Source: Pelomyxa schiedti
Lineage: Eukaryota > Protista > Evosea
Assembly: GCA_020536535.1 (NCBI GenBank)
Contig: JAHLWZ010000088.1
Span: 1-49,670, forward strand
Direction: 5' to 3'
DNA: 49,670 nucleotides
Shown here: piece by piece, positions 13,263-25,110 of the stretch
How positions within the stretch are numbered: the first letter of the stretch is position 1
Layout of the letters: every line of letters begins with the position of its first letter
The notes under the pieces: model-generated
What the model saw: the letters and a program-made list of their open reading frames with translations, nothing else
Database searches by the model: none
Told to the model about the DNA's origin: nothing
Position numbers and translations under genes: made by a program

Positions 13263-15621
13263 CTACGAATGTTGTTCAACAACAGCGGCGTTGTCGAGGA
13301 GGAGGGTCTGGTACATGCCAGAGTCGAGAAACACCACTAGGAGCTGGTTGGTGGCGGGCAGCCACGAGGTGAGGTAAATGATAGAACCAGGACTTGTAGT
13401 TGGGAGTGCGTTGCGGTAGCTTCCGTCGTACTCGTTCGTGGCAGTGTCAAACACTCCGTCTATTTGCTGGAGGCTATTGCCATTGGGACTGCCAAAGTAG
13501 AACCTGCCACTGACTGCAAATGCGAACCCGGTCTGCTTCTTGACACGTGGAACCACCCACGTCTGTTGCAGGGCCAGTGTGCCAGGGTCCACAAGGCTGA
13601 TGTGTATGTTTCCCTCGTCGGGTGGGGGTGGTGCATACACAACGTACAACACACCGCCAGTGTCAGCAAACCAGCATATGTCAGTGTTTCCACCCCATAT
13701 CCAATGTGATTGGTTCGTGTGCCCGGCATTTGGCAGGTTAGCTGATGCTACCATTGCTCCATCAGACAGGCGCGCCTTGGTAATCGTGGCAGTACGGTAT
13801 TGGTTGCAGTAGATGTGCCCATTGAGTACTGCCTGGTACGTGCCCTCGGGAAATGCCGAGATTCTAAGGCAGAACGCTCGTGGATTGACGTTGTTCTCGA
13901 AGTCGGTCAGGTTTTGAAACTCTGTAAGGTTCATACGGAAATAACTGGCGTCACAGTACACTTTGCCCGTCGTCTGGTCAACGAACACTCTCAGTCCCTG
14001 ACGGGGTGTGAGTTGCTGCACGGATTTGTCAAACTGTTTGAGTTTCATCCTCCCTGTATTTGGTGTTGGCACCTTCTCCATGTGTGTACTGGTTGAGCTT
14101 TGAGCAAGTCGTCCCAGTGAAGAGACGGCTTTGCAAACTGCAGCTGAATCACACTCAAACCTGACCTTGTGTGGGTTTGTTGTTTTTCTTTTATGAAAAG
14201 TATGTGAATGCATACCTCTAGTTGTTGGGGTGTTGCGACGGCATCCCTGGAATTGCAGAGCTTTTCAATTTGTGTAGTGAGGGCCTGATTCACTGATACA
14301 ACTTGGAGGTCAGACAGGCTAGTAGTTACCTGCTGTGCGTATTCTTGTGCTTCTTGTGCAACCTTCAACATCCAGTTGCACCAGTCAATGTGTTCTTGGA
14401 AAGTCTTTTGTTATTGTGCCAGTTTAGTTTTTCTGGGATTGAGAATAGAGCTGTTTGAATATTCAAAGCAGCATGCCTTCTGTGCGGTTTCTATGATTGT
14501 TTTTACTTCCAGGAGCAACTGAGCCTCTCTGGCATTAACCAGAGAAATGATCTTGGCAAATTCAGAGTGTATCTCTGACTCCACTTTCTCTGAAATTTCT
14601 TGTGTATTTTTACAGCACTCCTTTTATTGTTGAGAGGCAAGGCAATATAAAGAAGTTGGAGACAGAAACGCACAATTGCTGCCAATCTTGACGTTGAAAT
14701 TTTCTCCAAATGTAGCCGCAACTTGGAACTGAGTGAGGAAATGGTCTCCTTGAAATTGGAACTCAGGTCCGACACAAATGCAAAGTCATGGTTCTTGTGG
14801 TCAGTCACTCTTTATCGGAGGGTATTTGATTGAGACTATCGATACATTGAAAACGCAACACACTCACAGGTGCAACATATCATGGCCTTGTCAGTTTTGC
14901 AATGCAGCTTCAGTTCCTCCAGTGGATGCTTGGGGCAAAATACCAGCTTGTGCACAGTGGGATTAATTGTTATTCTTGTTTTGAGTTCCTCCACGGTCAC
15001 AACCTGGTCTGTATGTTGGCGATTTTTTGTTCCAATGAAAATTGAGCCAACCTTGTGGCAAGCTGTCCTCTTTGCCCGCAAGTGGTGAGCCTTGTCATCT
15101 GGGCACAGGAACACACCACAGGTGGTGCAAGTCCACGCTGCATTGTGGGAGCCACACTCGGAGCACTCTGGAGGTGGTGGTGTGGTCGTGGCCGGCGACT
15201 GTGCACCAACCAGAGGGACCAAATCCAGCAGGGAACTCTTCCACAGGTCAACTGGGAATCCGTTGCACCCTCCGGTTGGAATTGTTGCCTGTGTTGCGTA
15301 ATGGTTTGGTTGTTCGGTGGTACAGTGTAGGTGGCCAGTTGTTGTCACAATATGTTTGACGTAACAATGTACACCAGAAGCGGGGGTGAATGAAACATAC
15401 CAACGAATGGCACACAGGGCACTCCACGTAAGAGGGTATCGTCACGTGCTTGGCGATGCACTCGAGGCACATCGTGTGAAGGCACGGCAGCAGCCTTCAA
15501 GCAAAGATTGAGGGGTCAGGAAATATTACATAAAAAAAAAACGAATTGGGGACCGTGGGTCACGGAGGAAACAGGAGCAACAAGGGCATGTTATTTGTGC
15601 GACCACTTGGCTCTTCTCCAT
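13263..15621 (-). CDS. TRIM-like RING / B-box1 / B-box2 / coiled-coil / olfactomedin-domain protein (copy A)
   Basis: ATG 15621: MEKSQVVAQITCPCCSCFLRDPRLLPCLHTMCLECI..CPVC (RING); CSEC..CTTCGVFLC..HH (B-box1); CPKH..CKTD..CCTC..HKNH (B-box2); helical linker; OLF-like WGGNTDIC.FAD.GGVLYVVY..GNIHISLVDPGTLALQQTW..K..GFAFAVSGRFY. Confidence 0.85.
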
Positions 15622-16067
15622 GATTATCTGTTAGTGGGGCGTTTTTTTGTAAGCAAGTTGCGTCACATCAAAAAGCAGTGTGTTTATGCGGTTTTTCGTA
15701 GAAAATCCATTCTTGCACCATTTTTGACACCACTAACTTCAACAGCTTGCACTAGTTCTCCACATGGTTTGGGGTTGGAGTTGGGGGTGGTGGTCTGCCA
15801 TAATGCTGTGGCTTTCTGTTTGTCAGCTGCTTTAGCTAACAGAACTTCATGCCCTCTTGGGTGGTGGAGGGGCTTCCTCTGTTGTGGAACAAAAGTGCAA
15901 GTTGTTTAATTACACTGCTCAGCAGGCAACTGGTTTCCCTGTGGTGATTTTGACTTCAAAGATGAATGGAAACCCATTTTTCAAGCAACACTCATGAGTG
16001 GTAGGTAGGTTGTGTTGGTACCCAAGGCTCCCAGCATTGCACACCACAGTGCATTTCTGTATTTCTG
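15195..16067. repeat. Segment duplicated at 46482..46928 (part 15195..15621) and ~48830..49670
   Basis: Direct sequence comparison of the three loci. Confidence 0.9.
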
Positions 16068-16270
16068 GCACTTACAGTTGTGATATGGGTAGGATGACCT
16101 CTTTTCTTTTTCCCACAACATACAATTTTTTTAGGTGGTGGACCTTTCACCTCACATTCACCTCACATCCACAGTGGCCACAGAACCTGCTGCACACCTG
16201 GGGCACAGTTGTCAACCCACTGGGAGTGCATGAAGCTGGGTGCATGGCACCCTGGCCCCTGTGGTTACAG
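15684..16270 (-). CDS. 3' exons of an unidentified upstream gene (Cys-rich segment; last exon EEALHHPRGHEVLL...FLRKTA*)
   Basis: Exon-like frame open for ~64 codons ending TAA at 15684; the duplicate near 49290-49480 differs by an in-frame 3-nt deletion, consistent with coding. 5' end not resolved. Confidence 0.35.
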
Positions 16271-16978
16271 TAATCATCATCAAGTTCTATTTATTTTCTT
16301 CTGTTCTTTTCTAAGAACTCCAAAAAGGTTCCAACAGCACAGCATCACATGGCAAGATGATCCAAAGACCCAAAAAATTACAAGTGTAACAACACTGAGG
16401 TGAGGCAAATCATGGGATAAAACAGGTTGAGGCAAAGTAGACAATTGCACAGAGGGAGTGGGAACAACAGGATGCTGTTCTTTGTGTTATTTTTTGGGAT
16501 TACAGCATTGATTCTGATTTTGGGAACTGTGACTGAAGTTGAAGTAAGAGGTTAGGGTGGTAGAGAGGGGGGAGAGGGAAGGCGAGGGGGGGGGACCCTC
16601 TACCTCTCTCTCAGGCTCCTCCTCCTCTCAATGAAAAAAGAAAAGGAAAAAAGAAAAACCTATTTTTTTTGAATTTTTTTTCAAGGAGGACTGTAAATTT
16701 TGAACCGTAAAATTGAATTGTTGCCTCATGGGACAAGGAAGACCCCTCTGAAGAAATATGTGCCCATAAAAAAGGGGCTGTGCAGGTGGAGGCAGCTCAA
16801 AGCGTTTCTGCGCTGAGAACCGGAAGAGAATCAGTCTACTCTGACATTGATATCAGATATCTGGAGATATCGATGATAAGGTCTTGGTTTTTCATCCAAA
16901 AAGCATCAAACAAGAAAAATGTTTTAATCATCAAATAATTTTAAAAAGTACGTCGAGGCGATAGCACCGCCAACGCGA

Positions 16979-17644
16979 ATGAGTCTGTGGAATCAAGTCG
17001 GGGGGAACTGGACGTGGGAAGAGAGAGATTATAGTACGCAACTCCTTTACAAAACTTTGCTTGGTGTTACTTTTTTCCCTTACACTTCATTCAACTATTA
17101 ACACCAAGGCAAGTGGGGCAGAGAGAGACTGAAACAGTTGCTCACCAGCCCTCAGAAGCAATTCGCAGGCACATTCACCGTCGAATCCTCCCTCGAATCT
17201 GCTGAGGCCACTCTGTTGTTCCTTCACGGCAAAAAGCGGCCCGGCTACGAGTTCGAGGATGTGAAGCTCAAGTTCACGTGCACCGAGGGCGGCCTAGTCA
17301 TCAAAGGCTTGGTCGTGTGCCCTTGCATAAGCAGTAATGAATCATGGGAGGTAAAATGCTAACCCATCAGCCCCACATATAAACAAACTTACTTATTTAA
17401 GTTTTTGCTACTTAGTACTATTAGCTGTTACATTTTATGCGCATTCACTAAATTCACACCGCGCATACTCTCTTCTTCAATTTCCGTTTCTATCCGTTTG
17501 CTAACGAACTTTCTTTAACTGCAGATAAGAGCATCACTGGATAAGGGTTTTGAGCCAAATGAAGACCTTCTAAGGCGAGTACGTGCTGCTGTGAGGGAGT
17601 GCGTGCAACAGTTTGGTGATGAACTCAATGCTAAATTGCCTTGA
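16979..17644 (+). CDS. Activator of Hsp90 ATPase N-terminal domain protein (Aha1_N only, Hch1-like)
   Basis: MSLWNQVGGNWTWEERDYSKWGRERLKQLL..AEATLLFLHGKKRPGYEFEDVKLKF; three exons; TGA at 17642-17644; no C-terminal AHSA1 domain. Confidence 0.75.
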
Positions 17645-17750
17645 GTTTGATTCTTAATAGAAAAGTTTTGTGTACAAAACCATTGGTTTTTTTTTTTGGT
17701 TCCTCCTCTCAAAATCATTCCTTTATGAGCTTGTTGTTTCAAACACAAGA

Positions 17751-20125
17751 CTACAATAAAGGCACTGAGGGATCCAGGGTGGAGAACATTTTGTAGATAC
17801 GAGTGGAGGCAACAGGTCCCACAGTTCTGTGTGTTTTCTCGTTCACGATGATTCCGGCTAGAAGTAGTTCCTTTGCACGGGTATCAAGTTCGGAGTTCGC
17901 GTAGAGAGAGACTAGGCTGGTGGGTGTAGGGTAGTGCGCAGCTACAGCTTTGGCAATGGCCTCGCTCACCTTTGTCATAATTAAGTCTTAAACAAAAGTT
18001 CCGAGGCGAAACTTACACTTGGTATTTGGTTGAGTTGGGCTATCCATATGTCAGCTTGGGAGGACAGTGTATGCTTTGGCTTTACTTGCTCCTCACAAAA
18101 AGGCAGGGAAGATGTATTTTTCCTGTGAAACGTTTGCGTGTGGGTTGCCTGTAAAGGTAACAACCTGTAGGGTGCTTCTGAGATAGTTTCGGTAATACGT
18201 ACTAAATAATTAACAGTATCCTGAGGGGTATTTGTGAGCTGTGCATTAAGTTAAGAGGATTAAACGGGAGCCATGACGAATACTTTGACATTGATGTTGT
18301 GCTTCATTTGCCAATACACAAAGACTGGGATAATATCCTCCATGGTGATTGGAATGGGAGCAGCACCTCCCGCAGCAATCCTCTGTTGATCGCGGATAGC
18401 CAGTTTTCTAGGAAAAATGAGAGTCTACAACAATCATTATGTACCTTAGTCCGGACTCGAGGGCTTCAATTAAAATAGTCAGTGAACATGGGGGAAGGGC
18501 GCCAAGTGTTTTTTCGGCAAATTGTGCAAAAGATTTCTCTTGGATAATTCGAAACAGTTCACTCTGACAAGGGGTCAAATGGAGGGAAAAGCAAATAAAG
18601 CATACAGCTGGAACTCTTCTCATTACAAAGCCAGTGAAATGATTTCCCATCTCGGCCAGGGAAAAGTCCCACTTAATAATTTGCCTGGAGAAAAGATAAA
18701 GGGGTTGTGAGTTAGCTTGCCGGCTTGTAGGTGGGAAGTTAACCTAACAGGTAATGGCTTGACACAAATACGAGCTTTTGTTTTTTGCAGTTGGAAAAGA
18801 ATCTCACCTCCTCCATCACTTTCAATGAGGTTTGTATCAAGCTCTATCAGTACACTCGAGAGCAGTTCCTCCTGTGTGCGCTTTCTGTTAATCAGTGAGG
18901 TGGGTGCAGTTTTTCCATTTCGATTCACTCACTTCTTCCTTGCTGGGGGCCGAAGTTGAGAGAGTTGTGAATCAGCGGAGGATGATTCCTTTGGGGAAAT
19001 TAGGGTGTTTGATGTCGTTTTCGAAGTATTGTTACGGTATTTGAACATATGGGTAGACCTTGGCGGGATGGTGTGTCTCCAGGGTCAGCTACTGTTGTTG
19101 CTGTAGCTTGCTATTTGTTACTCATTCACAATGACGGAAAAAGAAAAATAAAGACATATGCATCATTAAACATACATGTGAATCTGGTGGATCTCGCGTT
19201 AAGTCAAAGGTTGCCTGCCCTTGCAATTCTTCATCAATAAACGAATTTTGCCTGTTTCTCTGCAGAGAAATTAGTTGTTTAGTTAAGAGGTGGGAGAGTA
19301 AAATACCTCACTGTGGGGTGAACTGGAACATGTGTCAGTGGGGCTAAGACCATCCCCGTATGTTGGAGATGTAGATGTGGTGAGGTCATATGGAGAAAGG
19401 TTCGCAATTCTCAGAAGTTCTTCAAAATCATCGTCATGTGAGATGTCACATGTGGAAAGGTTGTCCAAAATAGTATCTGTTGAACAAGTTGACGGCCTTG
19501 CCGATTTCGAGATCGATTTCGGGCTGGTGCCGCGAATCAAAGGAGGAGGAGGGGTCCTCGGCCCACCGGGCACAATGAGGACGTCTCTTTCAGAGTCATT
19601 AGCAGTGAGGCCCCATTCCGGGTGCTTCCCCGCTTTCGCAGCAGCAGCAGCAGCACTAGGCAAGCTCCTCGTCAAGTCGAAACACTTACGGCCCTGAATA
19701 CCAGGCGACAGATGATAGTAATCCCCGGCGGCAGCACCCTCGTCATCGTCATCGTCATCATCGTCACCACCCCCATCGGCCACCGTGGCCGTGACTTGCA
19801 ATTCATCATCCTTGTACTTGTACTTGTCCTTGTCCTTGTTCGCGTTCGCGTCTGAGTCGGCGATTTGCGTCACAGCAGCAGCGGCAGCAGTGCCATAGGC
19901 CGTAGTTTTGGTGACGAATCCAACGCCGAAGCCAAAGTCCACAGTGTCCTCCTCCTCTCCTACGGCCGTTCCATCGCCGCCCCGCCAGCGCGCCGTGGAA
20001 GGCGGACACGAAGTGGACGCAACTGAAATGGGGTCAACGTGTGTCTTGCCGGCACCGTGTTGAGACCTCACCTCGACTACAACGCAATCGTCCTCACCCT
20101 CATCTACTGTTTCCCCGGCCGACAT
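17751..20125 (-). CDS. EME1: Crossover-junction endonuclease non-catalytic subunit EME1-like (ERCC4 + HhH)
   Basis: VLIELDTNLIESDGGGEILFQLQ and C-terminal AIAKAVAAHYPTPTSLVSLY..LLAGIIV..RTVGPVASTRIYKMFSTLDP resemble EME1; long acidic low-complexity N-terminus. Start at 20125 or slightly upstream. Confidence 0.75.
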
Positions 20126-20432
20126 TGCGTAACGTACTGTTCTGCGTTTTCGTGGAAGGCTCAGCGGACGCAACAATGCGAAAAGATCCCTTGTGGGAGC
20201 TTCGTGGGAACCCACGACACCCAGTGCCACCATTTACTCCGGCCAACGTTGTTAGTCTCAGATTCGACACGGCGTCAGCAACGTCAACTTCTTGGTGTGC
20301 AGACGACGCTACTGTTGATTCTTCCTCTGAAAGCGTTTCTCTATCGGTAATTCGAGAGATCGAAATATAGTTAGTCGCTATTGGTTGAGGCTGGCTTCAC
20401 TACTGTGTTCACCCTTTCTTCTCAATTCCATT

Positions 20433-21099
20433 ATGCAACAAGTGGAGACAGAGATACCAGGGGGCGATGGCGAAGTACTGAAGGTAACATTCCTATTCCT
20501 GGAATATGAACAAAAACAGTGGCAGGAACAGGACCATCGTCACGGAGAAAGGATGCAGTACCTCGCACTCGCTGGCGTGATGCTCTAGTTGAGATTGTCG
20601 AAAGAGACGTCTTAGAAATAGTTTCTCTAAAAAGGATAAATGTTGTGAGGTCACTATGGTACTACGTTCTAATCCAAATACCGCATCCATATTAGAAGAC
20701 AGAGAAAGCTGAGAAGAGAAATAAAGGCATCCTTCTCATTTCCAGTCTGCAACGAATGGAGACACAGATATCATAGAGCTATGAAGAAGTACCTGATGGA
20801 ATTAAAGGTACTGCTATTTGTATTTAGAGGATTCATTGAAACAATAGTAGTACTATGCCGTAAACAGCAGCAGTTGCGAGTGCATGAAAAATTGCGGCAC
20901 ATATCCGAACAGCTCAGAAAAAGAACTCCAGCAGCAGGAACGTGAACGCTGGTGGCAGGAAAATGAACGCCGGCGACAGGAAAATGAACGCTGGCGGCAG
21001 GAAAATGAACGTTGGTGGCGAGAACATTCAGAAATTGGTGTTCAGGGTCAGCAGAGACAACCCCCTCGGGTCCGACCTTTACTACATTACTTGTGCTGA
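20433..21099 (+). CDS. Possible small hypothetical charged/coiled-coil protein
   Basis: ATG 20433 followed by a GTAACA donor; charged exon-like frames including QENERWW repeats. Model not resolved. Confidence 0.25.
20935..21018 (+). repeat. Four tandem imperfect 21-bp units (CAGGAAAATGAACGYYGGYGR)
   Basis: caggaacgtgaacgctggtgg / caggaaaatgaacgccggcga / caggaaaatgaacgctggcgg / caggaaaatgaacgttggtgg. Confidence 0.9.
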
Positions 21100-21434
21100 C
21101 TTAGAAACAGAGGGAACAGGATAAGAGCTGCATTTTGTTCCAACAGGGAGGAATCCACCAAATTAGAAGATACCACAAACCTAATGGCCCACGAAGTGAG
21201 CCAAATGGCTAAAGAAAAAACCAGACCCATCCTGAACGATGATAACGAAAATGCATGAAATTTCTCTTCTTAAACTGGGTGTGCTATTTTCGGGATCTTC
21301 GTGTTCCGAGAAGATTGATCGGCCGATCTTTTTCTCTTTGCAGAAAACCATTCTTGTCGTGCGATGAACACCGCAAACTAGAAGAATAAGATGAGGAACA
21401 AAGGGAAAAAAAAAGCCGACACACCAAAGCCACA

Positions 21435-24400
21435 ATGAACGAATCCAGCAACCAGAGCTCGTTTTATATTCCATCGTCCAGTGGTGGTTCTGGGAAGTGG
21501 GGGTGGTACGAGATATGTGGCGTGGTTGCCGCAGCGTGCCTTGCGTGCGTCGTGGTGGGTGCAGCTTGCGTTGTTCCTTTTTACTCAGTGTCTATGTATG
21601 ACACTCTAGGTTGCCGGTTTTCTTTTTTTATTTGGTTTTTTTTTTTGTTTTGCCCGTGTACTTTGATCTTGGAAGTGAGGGAGGCACTAATTTTTGGTTG
21701 TTAAAAAAAACAAACACCAGCCAACAGGACAAGTGCGAGTCTAGTGGCCACGTCAAAGGATGCTGCATATCAGATAAGCTCCAAGTTGGGTGAATACCAA
21801 TCGATGCTGGAGATGTATGGCGATGCAGTGATACAGGTAAAACCCACTAGTTGTGACTTTGGCATCTGCTTCGTCACGAATATGATGTGACAACATTTGA
21901 ATAGGATCGCGCCAACACTACAACTCTTCAACCTGAAAGCTGCTTTTCATGGGGAATGTTTTTTGGACTGCTGCCAGTGTATTACATCAACTCTTCAGAA
22001 TGCAACTTGGGATTGAGTGTTTTTCTTACTGACCGTCTTGGGCCAAGTGACCCTGGATACAGTACACTGATGAGCAAAATAAGACATCTAATGTGGGGTC
22101 AGAGCACCCGTCCCAACATTTTGGCACTCTCGTTTATGAGCAAATATGAGATTGCCGTTATAGCCAGCATAACAAGCGATGGAGTTGCTCGTGTTGCCCC
22201 TTGGTGGAATATAGAAGAAATATCGCAGGAAAAAATTGATGTCTTCAGAGGTGTACAATCACACATTGGAATCACAGAACCCATGTGGACTCCCCCACTC
22301 AAAGACCCCCGGTACAACGGGTGGAAAACTAGGCTCTTTATCCCCCTCCTCCAGTCGAACATCACGCTTGGTGTGGCCACACTTCAGCTAGCTCCCAAGT
22401 CCGTTAGTTCTTACATTTATCCCATTTCCTGATACCTCCTCCAGTGACATTATGAAATACATTGGTGAAGTGAGTGAACTCATGCCCTATAAAGGTTACT
22501 CAATGATTGTGTCTTCCAATGGTACTATTCTCGCCCTCCCAGAGAAGGGGTGGCAAGACTGGTCTCTGGGAAACAGTACCTTTAATTTCACGCAAGAGAT
22601 GAACAAAGACTCCTTTGACCCAATGTTATGGAATATTTTTCAAGTGTGTATGTGTAGAGTCCGGTACCTCTATTTAAATTGCACTATTACAGAATGAAGA
22701 GTTCACACAAGTAGGAGATCCAATCCGACACTCTATAACGGCAGCGAATGGCACAGCCCTTGCAAGTGGGACTCGCACTACACCGTTCAGAGGCGAAGAG
22801 ACCATCATTTCATGGAATCAAATCGAAACAGCCAACTGGATCGTGATATCTGTGACGAACAAGCATGAAGCTCTACGTGCCCAAGAGACGGCTCTAATCA
22901 AAGTGATCACGATGTCGTGCATTATGGGTTTCATTGTGCTTACAGTTTCAGTCTCAATTGCTATTTACTTAGCAGTAAGAAGACAATACTCACACCTCTC
23001 CAACAAGGTTTCTTTCCTTTTTTCTTTTTCTTTTTTTTTTTCTTTCTTCTAACACCACTAGGTTGCTGATCTGCATATGAAACTTGAAAGGGCAGAATCA
23101 AAAATCAATAAGCTCACAACCACTGGGGATGACGCAGCAGGAACAACATTAACCTCCGGACTTGGAAAAGTATGGGAAGAAAATGTAACAAGTCACTAAC
23201 CAATAAACACAGGTCACTGCACTGATTTCAAGACTCGTTGAGAGCCCAAGTGAACCAATAGGTATAGAAGACGTGGAGGTGCTCAAAACGGCACAAGTGC
23301 TCCTTATGACAAGGAACTTCGCAACTATAAAATTACAGTCAGACTTGACTGAGAATCAACATCAGTTCATCCTAGATTGCGGAATGCAGGTAGATGAGAG
23401 GAAAGTTAGACATAGGACACAGCGCGGGAGTGGGCTCCTAATGCATCGTGGTATCAGAAGCACTAACTCGAGCTTCAGTGGTGCCTTAGGAGCGTCGAGG
23501 GATGAATCTTGGGAAGCCCCTGAAATCATTCCGGAGATCAGCGAATGGAGTTTCAACATTTTCACAGTATTCATCTCTAAAAAAATCTCTGTAGTAAGGT
23601 ATACTCCAGGTTGATGAACACTTACGCACAAAGGGAGATGGAGGAAACGTCCTCAGTGCAGTTGGTTTTAACATCCTTTCAGCAAACTCCCTTCTCCCGC
23701 AGCAATCCACTGCAAATATAGAGCTTGACATGACTAAGTTTTTTGGATTCACCAACCGCCTCAAAGAAGGCTATTCAAAACATGCAAACCCATATCACAA
23801 CTGCCTACATGCAGCTGATGTTACGCAAGCAATGCACGTTCTTCTTAAAATGGCGTGTGAGGGGCTGCCTGAGTTTGCTGCATGCCTTTCCCCCCTGGAC
23901 AAAATTTCCTGTGTACTTGCTGCGCTGGCTCATGACTACCAGGTATGCAAACCGAATCCGCTTAGTTTTCATGCTCACTAGAACTTCTCACCATACAGCA
24001 CCCAGGATTGAACAGTAACTTCTTGAAAGAGACCCTGAATCCGATTTATGTGCAGTATGGTGACTCTGTTTTGGAGCGAATGCATGCAGCCACGGCACTG
24101 AAGACACTTTACTTCCGGCAGAGTTGCCGTGCTTTATCTATGCTGTCACCAGAGGACCAGTTCCAAGTCCATTCCACTATGATGAGCCTCATCCTAGCTA
24201 CGGACATGGCTAAGCACATTGATATAATTGAGACCATGAAGAGTCTTGGCGTCGGCACTAGGACAACAGCAGCCTCTCTCTTTATAAGTCTCACAGGCAG
24301 TGGACCTGATGAGCAACAAGTAAAGACAAACAAGCTGCTGGTATTGAAAGTTCTCATGAAGATCGCCGATTTGTCGAATGTCATTAGAGACTGGCCAGGT

Positions 24401-24866
24401 TTCTTTCTTGCTGTTTTCCTATCTGCTCGCCTCTTCTGATTCCAACAACAAACAAAAAAAAGTGTGTCAGAGATGGACATATAACCTTGTGAAGTAAATT
24501 CCCAATCTCCTAATATCCTACCCTCGACTGATAGTTACGCAGTGAGTTCAAGCATCAAGGGGAGGAAGAGAAACTACAAGGTATTCCTACCAGTAAGTTC
24601 ATGGACGGATCCACAACTCCACAAGAAATGCAAAACACGTATGACTTCTTTCCTCTGCACGCAATCAATTGAGCACGCCACTGCACCTTATAATACCACA
24701 TTTCAGTAGTATTAATACTATGAAAGTAATGATGTTCACTAGGTTCATACCACTAATTGTGATCCCGCTTCTCAAGACTATCTCCAGCCTCTTCCCCAAC
24801 TTCAGTATTTTGGAGCAACGTGCATGGGACAACCTTGAAAGATGGAGGTCCCTTTCCCACACCTGA
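21435..24866 (+). CDS. Membrane class I cyclic-nucleotide phosphodiesterase with extracellular Cache-like region (TM-Cache-TM-PDEase_I)
   Basis: YHNCLHAADVTQ, ALAHDY, LERMH, LILATDMAKH, LMKIADLSN; TM helices at ~21500-21590 and ~22900-22975; WTPPLKDPRYNG and YSMIVSSNGTILALP between them; TGA at 24864-24866. Confidence 0.9.
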
Positions 24867-25110
24867 AAAACACCAAGTCTCCTATCATTTCCCTGAGCGT
24901 TTTGTACATATCAAGGCACTTTAACAAAACCCTAAAATGTACACGTATGTAAAACAGACGTAATTTAACAAATATCCCAAAATATACTGCCACTGTTGCT
25001 CCCTGTTGCAAACAAAAAAAAAATGACGCCCAACGCTTGGGGAACAAATCCTCAACCCTCTGATTCTCGAGGCATTCCCCGCCTCATTTCGGCGTACGTT
25101 TTTATCCGAA

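Noticed and set aside
15195-16067. Duplicated segments as a transposon or LTR
   Set aside because: No terminal repeats, target-site duplications, transposase or reverse transcriptase; the content is host gene exons.
16555-16630. G-rich purine tract followed by a pyrimidine tract (G-quadruplex, H-DNA or hairpin candidate)
   Set aside because: Poor complementarity; explicable as low-complexity or Pro-rich coding sequence on the minus strand.
20935-21018. Possible CRISPR-like array
   Set aside because: Units are directly adjacent with no spacers, 3n in length, in a eukaryotic context with no cas genes.
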